Assembly: GCA_002104945.1 (NCBI GenBank)
Contig: MCFH01000024.1
Location: forward strand, 620,001 to 684,000
Length of the DNA: 64,000 nucleotides
From: Piromyces finnis finn
Lineage: Eukaryota; Fungi; Neocallimastigomycota
Direction of reading: 5' to 3'
Each line of letters starts with the position of its first letter. Position 1 is the stretch's first letter. Made by a program: the position numbers and the translations under genes. Positions 14,544-29,186 of the stretch are shown here, piece by piece. Under the pieces are notes generated by a model that was given only the letters and a program-made list of their open reading frames with translations, was not told where the DNA came from and ran no database searches.

Positions 14544-14732
14544 ATACATAAATTTTATTATTGATTTATTTTTTTTTTTACTTTTCATTTAAAATTGTTT
14601 TATATAAAAAGGAAAAGTTTAGATAAACTTTTCCTTTTATCAAAGTTAAAAAATTAATTAAAAGTAAAGAAAATAAAGAAATGTAACATAAATTTAATTA
14701 AATTTTCAATTTAATATAAAGTTTAAATATAC

Positions 14733-14768
<36 letters not shown>

Positions 14769-15185
14769 CGGTGTTTTAATTAATACAACCATAAACAATT
14801 AAAATAATTTGTTAAAATTTTACTGTGGAATACAAATATTAATAAATCTATAATATTTGTAGTTTTGTTAAAAATATTAATAACTATCGTTTTATATTAT
14901 TTATGCATTTTATACACTAGAAAATAATATTCTATATGTTAATAATAAATAAATAAAAAAAAACTATATTAACTGATTTATTTAAAGTAAAAAATTTAAA
15001 GTAATTATTAAATATTTGATATCTTTCACAAGGAAAACATTAAAAAATCAATTCATAATTTTATAGTATATAAATAAATCTCTTTCATTTCTTTTATTTA
15101 AAAAAAAATAATAAATAAAAGATATTTCATTTTTAGTTAAAAAATTAATTTAATAATAATAATAATAATAAAAAAAAAAAGTATT

Positions 15186-16412
15186 ATGGAATCAAAAGAC
15201 AATAAAGAAGAGGATAATTTAAATAAAATAAAAGAAAATTTTATTGAAAATAATATAGAAACAACAAAGAATAATTCTTTCAATAGTAATCAAGGTATTT
15301 CTCGTTATATGTTAATATTGAAAAAAAAAAAAATGAAAAAAATAATACCATCTAAAATAGTATTATTATTAATTATTTAATCTATTATATTTAAAATTTT
15401 AAATAATAAAAAAAAAAAATATAAAATTTGTATCTACATATCATTTTAAGGGTTTTCAAGAGATAAAGCGTTAAATTATATAAAATATGGAACAAAAGCA
15501 TTAAACGATAATTTCAAACCACAAAGTATTATTGAAGAAGAAGACGAGGAAAATGAGACAAAGAAAAATAGTGAACAAAATAACAAGGAAGGAGAAAATG
15601 AAAATCGAGAATTTCAATTAAATCGTAAGTCAAGGATATTTTTAAAAAATAGTAAAAGTTATGTTGCGTTACGTGATAGTTATAATATAATACAGAATCA
15701 AGTAATGGAATTAACTAAAAAGGATCAGGATAATATGCAAACTGAGAATGCTAAAGAAAATACTGAAAAAGATATAGAATATTCTAACAAAAAGGCAACA
15801 GAACAATCTAATGGATCTATTGACAATTTGGAAGAAGAAAAAAAAAATATTATACAGCAATTTGAAGATGAAGATAAAAGTAATAATTCATTATTGCCAT
15901 TAACAGGAAATTTCACATTTAAAGAATATAGAAAATGCCATGAGTCAATTTCTACACCATTAGATATTATTAATGAATCCAATGAAAAATATCATCAATT
16001 AGAAAACTCCGTTAATCAAGCAAAAGAAAAATTAGATAAATTAATGACCGAAGAAGAAAATAAGATGAAAAAAGAATCCATTAGTGTTATAAATAATATT
16101 AATGCTGAAGATTCCAAAAATAATACGGGAGGTGATTCTATACGGAAAACCTCCTTTAGTTCTAAACATAATAGTAATAGAGTGTTAAATTCAAGTCGTA
16201 CAACTATATCATCTATTTCTCAAAAAGGTATATACATTTATTTTATATATGAAATATTTAGTTTCTAAAATATATTGAATGATTTATAATATATAATAAA
16301 TTAAATCGAATGATTATATATAAACATGTATATAAAAGTTATATTAAGATTTTCTATATCTATGATATATTTTAAATAACTTTTTACTAATTTCAATTTC
16401 AAATTATTATTC

Positions 16413-16465
<53 letters not shown>

Positions 16466-19400
16466 TTTTTAACAAAAATAGAAAAGATTTCAGATTCAAA
16501 ATCAACAATATCTACAGGGAATAGAACGCATAACAGGAAAAAATCAGGAAATAATAAGCAGAATAAACGTTCATCAAGTTCATCAGGTAAAAAAAAAAAG
16601 AGATCAGGAAGTAGTCGTGGTAAAAGAGCAAGTAGTTCTAAGAGCCGATCTAGATCTCCCATAAAATCAAAAATGAAACGTCAAAGTCGTAGTCGTAGCA
16701 TTAGTCGAAGCCATAGTCGTGGTTTATCTCATTTAACAAATTCTTTTGATTCAGATTCCCTATTAAATAATTGTAATAATTCATCATCAACTATTGAAAG
16801 CGCTATTGAACATGAATTTTCAGATTTAAAAGAACAAATTTTAAATGGCATTGGTGAATTCGAAGAAGCCTTAAATGAATTTATTGAATGGAAAAATAGT
16901 ATTATTGAAAATAATATTCCTAGCAATATGAAATTAGAAGTTACTCTTCTCTTTTCTAGATTATTTAGAAGGTTTTTTTTTTTTTATATTTCTTTAAACC
17001 AATTATCTTAATTATATAATTTATAAAATCAATATAATAACAATTATATAATAAAAAAAAACATATAATAATTATTTTTTAGTAAAAACATTATGTTGAC
17101 ACCATTATTTGAAACTTTAAGAAAAATTGATATTTATTCAAAAAGATGGGTAAATAAAGATAGAGCACTATCTAAAATTGAAGAAGATTATTTAAGGTAA
17201 AAAAATATAGATTAAATTTTTATGTCTATAAATAGAAAAATATTTTATTTTATTTCACAATACTACTATCGATTTAATAATATTATTTTAATAATTTTGA
17301 ATTTTGATATATATTTAATAGGCAGGATCATCTAATTAATATTGCTATACGAAAAATGTTGCAAATGAATTTTCAGGTTTATTTTAACTTCAATATTATA
17401 GATAATTTAAATAATTATTTTTAATAATAAATGTAATAATTAATGAAATGTACTATTTTTAATGATTATAATATTTATATTATCTTTATTTATAGATATG
17501 TCAATTAAAATCTAAAAGATCTATAGAAAATTGGACAAACTTAATAGAAAAATTTTGTGTAAATATATAATTCACTATATTTTCTATCTATACATATTTC
17601 TTCATTTTTAATATTTCTTAATATTTATATATTTATATATAAAGAAAAGAAATAAATTATTAATGTACAAAAATTGTCAATATGATGCCAATGATTTTAT
17701 TAATAGTGATGGAAATGGTCAAACTTCAAAAAATATTAATAGTAATGATAGAGATTACTATGAAAAAAAAATAAATTATTTAAAAAATAAACTTCATAAA
17801 TATAAAGAAAAATTTAATGTCAATGAAAGTGGTTCTGATTCTGGTAAATTTATTAAAGATTAAAAAAACCAAAAAAAAAAAAAAAAAGAGTTTATGAAAA
17901 AAAAATATTAATATAATTACATTTTTTTTATAATATATTAACGATTTGCTTTAATTTAATTTTAAAGATGGAGAAAAGATTACAAAAAAGAAAAATAAAA
18001 ACAAAATAAAATCTATATCAGACCAAAAGAATATACCAGAAGATCTTTTTATTCGAATTCTTAATAATGAAAAAAGAAAATTAAAATCGAATAATGAATT
18101 ATTTAATCGTACTCTTAAAAAAAGAAGACCAAGATGTAAATATATATATATATATAATGATTTTTTACTTTATAATAATTATATAATTATATTAATATAA
18201 CATTTATTTTTTTTTTCAGTGAGATGGGATATTAAAAGAAGAATTGCAATAAACAACGTCCGTTATAAATATTTAATTCAAAAAAGTTTTAGAGCATTAC
18301 CTTATCTTATTCAGAATTTAAAAGATTATATTACAAAAGGTTTTTGGAATGGTCCTCATTTATTCCGAAATCATTATATTTCTGAATATAATGGTGAATT
18401 GTACACTCGTACCTATTACAAAAAATATACCTCTCCAGATATCATCCCAAATCACAATTCCTGTACTGATCTTAAAGCATTGTTAAAACTTAGTACAAAA
18501 AAAGTAAATCCTTCCCTTGTACGTTCAAATAGTTTTGCATGTGGTAAAGAATTTCCTTGGATCAATTCTCGTTCATTGAATGAAACTTCGTTTAAAGAAA
18601 CTAACAAAAAGGTTCGTGATAAAATGGAAAAAGACCTTTTGGGAGATGATAATCAGAATATTCAATTAGATGATCCAGTGAAGAATATTGATGATTATAT
18701 TAATAATGCTCTAAATAAGGATAGAAAAATTAATAGTAAAAATGATTTAGCTGATTTAACAAAAGATCAAATATGTGATATTATTACTATTTTATACCCT
18801 GATACCGAAAGTATTGTTAAAATATATAATGAGGACCAACCTAAATTCTATGTAGGTAGTGATGATGAATACGATCAAATTGAAGCAATGGATAATAAAG
18901 CAATTAAAGATGAAATTAAAAAAACAACTAATTCCACTAAGCTCTTAAACGCTGTTGAAGATTCCGAGGAGGAGAAAGAAATTGATGAGCTGGGTAAATA
19001 GTAATAAAATAAATTTATATTATTAAATTAAAGAAAATTAATGTATTTTATTATATTTTAATGATACCCGCCGATAATATAATAATAAAAATAATAAAGA
19101 TGATATTGATTGGAGTAATGAAATACTTCAAGAAGATATTGTATATGATAGAATTAAAAATAATATTGATTACTCAGAAGATTATATTCCTTGGAGAAGT
19201 GAAACAGAAGAACTTTATTTCAATCCATATGATACTGAACAAATGTCTTATAGTAATGACCTAAAATCAAAAGTTCGTGAATACCTTAGTAACTATAATT
19301 CAAATACTGTAAATGGACTTTCATACAAAAATAGGTAAGATAAAGGAAATTATCTTTTTTTTTATATTTTATGTATATTTATAAAAATTATATTATTTAT

Positions 19401-20907
19401 ATTTATTTATATTTTTCTTTTTCATTTCTTATTATTTTATATTTTGTATATGACAGATTTGATGTTAAAGCAAATATTTCTCATAAAATTAAGGGAGAAG
19501 AAGGTGATATTGATGAAGGTATTATTGGTGGTGGTTTAGGTTTTGATTTTGAAGGTAAGAAGGGAGAATTAACAGAATATTTCGATCCAGAAAAGACTTG
19601 GTTTTCTCTCCAAGATGTTATGGAATTAACTTTATTACATGCTCAACAATTAGAGACTATGAATGAAGAATACAATAAAAAAATGGATGAATTAAATCAA
19701 AAGTTAAAGGAGTCTGAGAATCAAATTTTAAGTTTTCAAATTAAAAATAATGATAAGAATTTAATAAAGGAATACCTAAAAAAAATAGAAGAGTTACAAG
19801 ATACCCTCGAAAAAAGAAATAAAGAAGTTAAAATGCTTCAAGAAGAAAATGATTATTATCGTGAATGTGCTAAAGAGGAATCATATAATACCAAAATCTT
19901 TAATACTATTCCTCAAAGTCATCCTATTGAAGGAAAACCTAATATTCCAGAGGTAATATAATTATAATTTGGATATTTATTATTTAATAGGATTAAAAAA
20001 AATTATTATCATTAATACTTTTTTTTTTTTTTTTATTATTTTCTGGAAATATAATACAGAAAATAAAAATACCTAATAGAATTAAGAAATATTCAGTAAG
20101 TTTCTCACTCTTTTTTTTTTCTTTAATTATACTTTTGATAATATTAACTATTATAATTATATATAAATTAAAAAAAAAGAAATTAAAAAACATTTTTAAT
20201 ATTTATTTTATAATTCTTTTTTTTTTCCAGTTCTTTAATAGGCTTGAAGCATTTAATACTGAAAAAATTAAACATCATGATCGTTTATTACAGGAACAAA
20301 TGGAAAAATACCTTCATGACTTTGAATATCGTCTTTCTCATGAATATCGTCTAAATAAACCAAATCCAGAATATGAAAAAATGTTAAATAAATGGAGAAA
20401 AACTAGTCAAAGTAAATATTACTACAATCATAAAAAAATAAAGTTTCAAAAATTCTTATATAATAATGTCTATTATATACATTTTAATATAGAACTTAAA
20501 GCTGAATTCATGCCACTACAACCAGGATTACAAAGACCACAATTCTATAAAGAATTAAAATTACATGGTAATAATAATAAATAGAATTAGATGTTTCGAT
20601 AATCTTTTTTTTTTTTGTTATATTAATATATTTATTAATTGTTTTTAAAAAATTAAAATAAAATAGGAATTGAGTCACCATGGGGTGGTAAGTTCCATAT
20701 CCCAAAAGAAAAGCAAAAGGAAGGAAATGTAAATATAATAAATATAATATTATTAAAAAATTCAACTAATTATACATATACATATTAATATAATTTTTTT
20801 TTTTTTTTTCTTTTTTATAAATATAGACTGTTAATTATTTGAACCTATTTGAAATTGCAAAACAAACGGAAGCAAAAAATAATTTTATACAAAAAAATAA
20901 TTCATAA
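15186..20907 (+). CDS. Large multi-exon hypothetical coiled-coil protein with an internal K/R/S-rich segment
   Basis: ORFs 15186, 15705, 16673, 17663, 18219, 19371 and 20135 can be linked through GT-AG introns (not every join checked). Predicted last exons ~20667-20729 (GIESPWGGKF) and 20827-20907 (stop TAA). No known domain recognised. Confidence 0.6.
16413..16460. repeat. Intronic (AAT)n microsatellite
   Basis: Directly visible; explains the poly-Tyr shadow ORF 16411..16662. Confidence 0.9.
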
Positions 20908-21399
20908 GCAAGTTTAGTATTGATTTGTATAACAATAGTTTTTATTTTTTGGAAACTTGAAAAATCTATATATAGAGATATTACCTATTTTCTAGTCAAA
21001 TTAATAAATATTATCGAAATTTTAAATAAATTAAGTAAATAAATAAAAACATTCATAATACAAAATTTAGTGTTATATATATCCATATAATCATATAATC
21101 TATAATCTATATTTATATTTTGGAAAATAAAATAAAATTAATAAAGGAAATTCTCAAAGAATTTATCCATTAAATTTATTAAAAATGAATACCTAATGTA
21201 AAATATTAAAAAGTTTAACTAAATATTAAAATAAATCAAATTAAAATATATTTATATAAATAAAGAATTAGAGATATTTAAACCTTTACTCTTTTTATAA
21301 TTAATACTATTTTTTTTTTTTTATTTTTTTTTTAAAATAAAAAAATGTAAATTTTTATACTGAATCACTTGAATAAAAAAGAGTTCATTATAATAAACA

Positions 21400-21434
<35 letters not shown>

Positions 21435-22138
21435 TATTATAAAATTTCAAAATATTGTTTGTTCCATAGAAAAGAATAGTTAATTTCAATACCTTTTATT
21501 TTTAATTTTTTCCTTAATTAAAAGAACAATTAAAATATAAGTTTGGCGACCGTTTCAACAGAGTGTATTAAAATCAAACTATAGCAACAAAGATAAAATT
21601 CTATTAAAAAGAGTTTTTACCAAGAAAATATAATAAAATAGTTCAACACCTTTTCAATAATTGTCTATATACTTTTATTAAGATATTGCTAATAATAAAT
21701 ATATCTTATTATTTATTATTGAAGTGAAAATAAAAATCCTTGATTTTAATTATTAATCTTTCCAAATTTCTTATATATTAAATAAAAAATTAATAATATA
21801 ATAATAAAAACTTATTGATATATAAATAATTGCTATTTTATTTATTTGCTTTTTTTTTTTTTTTTTTTTTTTTTAATTAGTTTTTAATTATATTGTATTT
21901 ATTTGTTTAATTGAGATTGCTATTTATAAAGGGTTTCCCTGGTTTTTTATATATTTATTTATATTTATATTATTTATATTATATTAACAATTTAATTTTT
22001 TGAAATGAAAATTTTATTTGTTGAAAAAATACTTTATTATTCAATTAAAATCTATAAAAAATAAATATCAGAATAAATATTTATAGTTATAATAATTAGT
22101 ATTTATTTGAATATATATATATATACATTATTTATGAA

Positions 22139-23495
22139 TTATACTATATTTACCATCCATGCAATAATGAAATAAAACAAGAATATTGGATAAATAACCA
22201 ATGTCTTTTTCTGACTTAAACTAACATCAGTTAAGAAACCAATGGAAGCTATTGATTTTTAAGATAAAAATTTTTAGTTTACAATAAAATATTTATTTAT
22301 TTTTTATATTTTAATAATGATTATATATATATAATATTTACCATAAACAGACCAAACAAAACCAACAATAACAAATATTAAGTCTAATATGAAAAAGTCA
22401 ATAAATAATGTAATAATAGAAACAATAGTTAAGGGGAATATACAATAACCTAAGATACATATACTTTGGAAAAATGACCTAATTCAAAAAGAAAAAGAAA
22501 AAAGTATATTATTTATTATCTTAGTATAGTTTTTTTTTTTTTTTTTTTTTTTTTTTATTCTATCTTTCTATATATATTTATTTTATATTAATAATATATT
22601 TATATTTTATATTTATTTATTTTCAATATTTAATACTGTATTTTATATTCTTACATTTTCCCTCCTAGTAATTTTGAATTAACAGTAATTACAGCAGCAC
22701 CACACCAAATAATAATGAATGTTATAGTAAATACCATAGCTGATTGATTTTCTGGTGCTGAAAAACTTAAACGACTGTTTATTGATAATTATATTAATTT
22801 TTTTATTATAAGAAATTTTTATTTTATTTAATAATATTAAATAATGATAGTATATTTTGTTACTTCTCATTCAAATACTTACATAGCTAAAGTCATACAT
22901 AATATTAATGGTCCCCAAAGATCCCCTATTAAAAGTAATTTAATATATAATTATTTATATTTTTAATATATAAACAAATAAAGATTTATTCTCAAATTTA
23001 TTAATTTCATTATAATAATACTAACAATCCCTTAATAGATTTTCGTTTCCTGTTGGAATTAAAACTTGTTTCATTTTTGCCCATACATTATTTAAATCTC
23101 TTAACTATAAATTTATAATTAAAAAGAATAAAAAAAAAAAATTAATATTTAATTGTTTTTTAATGTACTATTACTCAGGTAAATTAATATTATTAAAAAA
23201 TATTTCATTTGTTTTTTTGACAAAGAAATTTATTTACCAAGGTATCTAAAACGGGTTCATCAAGTGTATCTTGAATTCCTTGTCTATTACTTCCTATACC
23301 TGTCATTTTACCCATTGTATTAGTGGTATTATTATTTGATGAAGCTGGTTTACTGTTATCCATATTACCACTAACAGCATCCATATCTATAGTATAATCC
23401 AATCCCTGTGATGAGGATGGGGTATCAAACATATTTGTATTATCATTGGTATCAAAATCTTCAAGATCTTGTAATGAATTGTATTTACTTGACAT
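22139..23495 (-). CDS. YIPF6: Yip1-family Golgi membrane protein (YIPF6/Yip4-like), 6 exons
   Basis: Spliced frame: DTLDEPVLDTLLRDLNNVWAKMKQVL...LLRDWDLWGPLILCMTLA...IIWCGAAVITVNSKLL...CILGYCIFPL...ASIGFL...YPIFLFYF, the YIPF6-type signature. Confidence 0.9.
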
Positions 23496-24747
23496 TTTGT
23501 ATAATTATATTTTATTTTATTTAAAATTAATGATGACACTTATTTTATTGATAATATTGATTTTCAAAAAATAAAAATAACTAATTATTATATTTAAACT
23601 CTATTTTGTTAATAAAATTTATCTTTTTTTTCCTTTTATTTTTTTTTTCTGTAGTTTTGTTTTGTATTAATTAAACTAAATAATAATATAAAAATCGTTA
23701 TTTGATTTCAAAAAAAAAAAAAAAGAAAGAAAGAAAAATTTAATTTCATTGAGTTTTATTAGAAAACTTTATTTTTTCTTATTTTCAAATTACCAGTTTG
23801 AATTATATATTATAAATTTGAATTGATTTATGAATTTTTGTTTATTATGAATTGGCGTCGATATTTTTTATCTTTTGTTCTAAATTTTACTTTTTTAAAA
23901 AAAACTTTTATAATATAAATAATATACAAATTATACAGGAAAAATTTATATATATATATAAAATTAAATAAAACATTAGAAGTAATTTAAAAGTATATTT
24001 ATCTTATTTTTATTTTATTAATATATAAAATGTATTTATATTTATTGTTCAAGCTTACAACTTTCTCTTTTTTTTCTTTATTAACTTCTATTAATAACTA
24101 TTATTTTAATAGTTTTATTACAAATAGAAAAAATTCTTCTTCAAAATAGAAATGTAAAAAAAAAAAGAAAAAAAAAAAATAAAAAAAATGATAATAATAG
24201 TAGACTTATTTTAAATTACAAATTTGACGTTATTCAATTTTTGTCTTTTTTGTTGGTAACAAAAAAAAACTTTTTTTTTTTTTAAAGAGGAAAAAAAAAT
24301 AAATAATTTATTGAATAATTATCAATATATATTAAAATAAATTCAAATATATGTAGAAAATTTAAAATATCACAATTTGTTGTTAGTTGTATCATAAATA
24401 TAAATATCATAAATGTTATTAAATAAATAAACAAATAAATGAATAAATAAATAAATAAATGAATAAATAAACAAACAAACAAATAAATGAATAAATAAAT
24501 AAATTATTTATTTTGGTTAGGATTTACATCAAACTAAATGCTAAATGTTAATATAAATAATTTTTATTTTATTGTAAAGTTTCTTTTTTTTTTTTAATTA
24601 ATATTTTTCATTTCTTTTTTATACCAATAATTTTAAATTAACTTATATAATAGCTAAAGAAAAAGAAAAGATTAAAAAATAAGAATATAATATATATTCT
24701 TTCATTACTTATTTTATTAGTATAAAATAATTTTTTAAAAAAAAAAA

Positions 24748-26968
24748 ATGGATATTACAGAAAAATTTTTTTCAATAGTTAAAGAATGTCAACAAATTAA
24801 TAATGTTATTAATGAAGAAACCGGAAAATCTAATGACAATGATAATTCTATTGAGCCAGTAACTTATTCAAAATTTAAGCAAACTAATTGGAAACCAGAA
24901 GAAAATGAAATTAAAGATGCTTTCTTGAAAGAAGCGTATCAAATTGTATAGTATATTTTTATAATAAAGTCGATAAATTTACCTATACTGTTTTTTATTT
25001 TATTTTTTAAAGTCATTTGTTTTTATTATTGTTTTTTTTTTTTTTTTTTTTCTACTTGTAACCAAGTGTAATTTTAAAGAGCTTTAAATTATCTAAAAAA
25101 AAAAAAAAAAAGAAAAAAAGAAAAACTTAATTTTTAAATTTTATAATTCTAAATTTGATATTCAAATAAATTATGGTAATTGTTACATTATTACTGATGT
25201 TATTACAATAGTATTTTTATTTAATGCAGTATGATTATTTTAATTACAGTATCATTTAATTGTGAAAATCTGTTTAAGATATTATTGAATTTTATACTAG
25301 TAACTGGTTATTTATTTAAAAAATTATCATTAAATCATTGTATTTGCTATTTACCAATATAACTAATATAAAAATATATATTACAAATAATAACAATATG
25401 ATATTATGTATTTATATATCATTTATTTTCATTTATTATAGGAAAAGAAAATTTATCAATTACAAAATTTCTTGCTTTCTATTAGGAAATCATATTTGAA
25501 TATTTCCCATCTTAATTCAACAAGCACCTTATCTCAAGTTGTTTATTTTCCATTTAATTTTGATGATAATGACACAACACCAAAATCTATTGCCATACAA
25601 AATATGACTGACCGTCAAAGAGATGATATAGACCAACTTTCTAAACAATATATAAAAACATGTGAAGTTCAAATTAATAATTTAAATTTAAAAATAAGTA
25701 TGTTTATAAATACTATATTAAAAACGCAAATGCAGAACTATATTTAATTTTTATTATGGAAATTTAAAATTTAATTTTATTACAATATTAATAAATTTAC
25801 TAAAAGAAATTATTAATTTTGGATATATAAATTATTTCTAATTTAATTTAATAAAGAACAAAATCTTGATGAGATAATAGGAGAAAGAAGAGGATCGTTC
25901 TTTTCAAAAAAAAGAAATGAGTTTGATATTGATAAGCAAATTGAAGTTATTTTCCTACATAGAGAAGGTATAGTATATTCATTGAATATATTATTAATGA
26001 AAATTGCTGATATTTTAAAGAATCAGCAAGAAAAGCGTCTTGAACAGAATTTACAAAAGAAAGAAAGGTAAATTTTATATTAAAATAAATATAATATAAT
26101 AATATTATTAATATTAGTTTTTAAATCCCTCCCTACTAATATAATATATACCGTTACTATTATTATTATTGTTATTATTTTATTATTAATAATATTTTTA
26201 TTATATTAAAATAGTCTCGTTCATAAGGCTTCAATAACAAAAAAATCAGCAACAGAAACAATGTTGTCTTCAAAACTTGGTACAGGTGCTTCCACCCCAT
26301 TTAAGTTTCTTAATAATAAAAACCCATTTAAAACTACTGGAAATTTTACATCATCTAATCCAATATCAAATGATAACTCAACATACAATAATACAGAATT
26401 TAATAATACCCAATTTAATATTACTGGTGATAATGCAACCGATCCAAATATAAAAAATTCATCTTCTCTAAATAATAAAGGTTTTCTTCCTATAGAAGAT
26501 GAAATAAATAATTACTATGAATTTGAAGATAATGAGCTTTCTCAAGAATTAAGAATGGAACTAGAGGAAGAAAATCAAGAAATGCTGGAAGAATTAGAAT
26601 CTGATATGAATCAAGTTCGGTAAGTATTGACAAAAGAAATTTTATATTATAATATTATTATATGTATAATTCTTTTTCTGATTTGTTATATTAATATTTC
26701 TTTTCATTTAAATATACATAGTCAAGCAACACAATCTATAAATGAAATTTCACAATTACAAGCTACTTTAAGTCAACAACTTCAAATACAACAAAATATA
26801 ATAGAAACTTTACATGAGGATTCATGGAAATCTGTAGATACTATGAAACAAGCTAATCAAAAACTTCTTTCTGCTCAAAGACATTTCAGCGATCGTAGAG
26901 TATGGATGTTATTCTTCCTTATTATATCAAGTCTAATTCTTTTATTCTTAGATTGGTTCTATTCATAA
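24748..26968 (+). CDS. UFE1: Syntaxin-18/Ufe1-like ER Qa-SNARE
   Basis: N-terminal MDITEKF, DAFLKEAYQI, LLSIRKSYL and MTDRQRDDID motifs (Syntaxin-18 N). SNARE heptads INEISQLQATLSQQLQIQQNIIETL. C-terminal TM WMLFFLIISSLILLFLDW. Confidence 0.88.
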
Positions 26969-29186
26969 TTAATTTCCAAAAAATTCACAATTATTGTTAT
27001 TTTTTAATATAATAATAATAATAATAATAAAATAATAATAAAAGTAATAAAAATATTATTTATATATATATATATAGAAAGAAGAATATAATTATATGTA
27101 CTATATTATAACAATTTACAAATTTAAATATTCTAAATCAAATCAAAACTTTAGATAAAAAGAAAAAATAAAGAAAAAAAATAATATAAATAAAATAAAA
27201 TAAAATTAAAAATAAAAATAAAAAGATAAATAAAATAAATAAAATATAATAAAATAAAATAAATAAATAAATAAAATAAAAAATTAAAAACTAAAATTAA
27301 AATAAAAGTAATCAAAAATAAAATAAATCTAGTATTAGTATTATTAGTGTTAGCATTATATAATAATTCTTATAATGTTATTGGTTTTCATTTTATTATA
27401 CATTATTAGAATATTAGTGTATAATATTATAAAAAGAACATACTGATAGATTTTATCATTCATAATATACTAATTTTTATTTATTTATAATTCTAAGGTA
27501 ATAAAATTAATATATACTTTTTTAAAAAAAAATAAAATGACTAATAAACAAATGGACGGTTTTTTTTTTTTATTTTATAATATTGTGTTCATAATAAATT
27601 TATTATTTAATATTCAATTTATTTGATGTTTAAAATATTTATAACATAAGCATTATAACTTTTAATTGATGTTTATATTGTATTATGTTTTTTATGATAA
27701 TACTTCAACCTAATTAATATTTTTCTTTTTCTTTTTTTCTAATAAATACTTATATTTTAATAAAATTCATCTTTTATTTTTTATGTTATTTTTTTTCAAA
27801 GTTTACATTTTACAATTATGTTACACAAAATAGTATTAAACTTTAAAAATTAATAAATTTATGTAAATATTTTTTTTATCAAATTCAAAATAAAACATGA
27901 AAAAAAGGATAAATTAATAATTATATATATATATATTTATGTTAAGTATGAGTAATAAATAATGAAAATAAAAATAAATAACATATTTAAAAAAAAAGGT
28001 CAACAATTAGATTTATACACACATTTTATTTTTTAAATGTTATGAAAGGATAATGATTTTTTATGCTTAAATTATAAAAATGTTTTAAAGAATCTTGCTA
28101 TAAAATATTTAATTCACCTTTTTTTTATATTAAAATATATAAATAAATGATTATTTTATATTTGAATAATAGTTATCTATTCATTAATATCAATATATTA
28201 TAATGATTATCTATTATTATTATGTTATTATGATTGATATAACTATTACCCTTTTTTATTCATCTTTATTGATATAAAAAAAGACTAAAGAAAATCATGA
28301 ATATGTCTATTTATATAATTTTTTTAAAAAAAAAAAGATTCACCATATATAAAGACTAGTTATTAAATATTTCTCTATAACAATTATTAAATGTTAATTA
28401 AAAAAAGTTATAAAAATCATAGATAGTATAAATCATTATATTGTTTATATTATAAAAATCTTTATAATTTAAATAATTATTTTCTTAAAAGCTTACTTTT
28501 CAATATGAATAGTAACAGCAATTAAATTATAAAATCACTTTATTTATCATTATTATTATTATTATTATCATTATCATCATCATCATCATCATCATTATTA
28601 TTATTATTATTATTATCCATTAAAACTGATTATGTTATATGTTTTTAAGAAAAATTATTTTTTTTTTTTTTAAAACATAAATAATTTATTTTAAAATGTA
28701 GTAACAATTGAATCTTTTAATTTGCTATGAATAAATTAAACAATTAGAGAAAAAAACATTTTTCATTTGTTATTAGTAAAACCTTAAATTATAATAAATT
28801 ATTTGTTATTTTATATAACATCAAATTAATTAATAAAGAATTTGTATGTTTATAATTAAATGGTAATGAAATAGATAACTTTTATTATTATTAAACTTTA
28901 CTTGTATATTTTTTTTTTGCCTTATAAAGGCTTATTAAAAATTTGAACTTAACTTTATTTATTATTAAAATTTTATTACCATAGTGACATTTTATATATT
29001 CATAATTAGGTATTTTATAAACAAAATTATAAAAAATGGCATATAAAATGAAAAATTTATCCTGACATTTTTAATGTAAATAAACAAAACAAAAAAAAAA
29101 AAAAAAAAGTATAGAATTAAAAAAATAAATTCTATATATAAAAATCTTTTATTTAAAAAATATATACGTTAAATAAAATAATCAAT

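Noticed and set aside
20508-20765. Minus-strand ORF
   Set aside because: Antisense to the terminal exons of the large coiled-coil gene.
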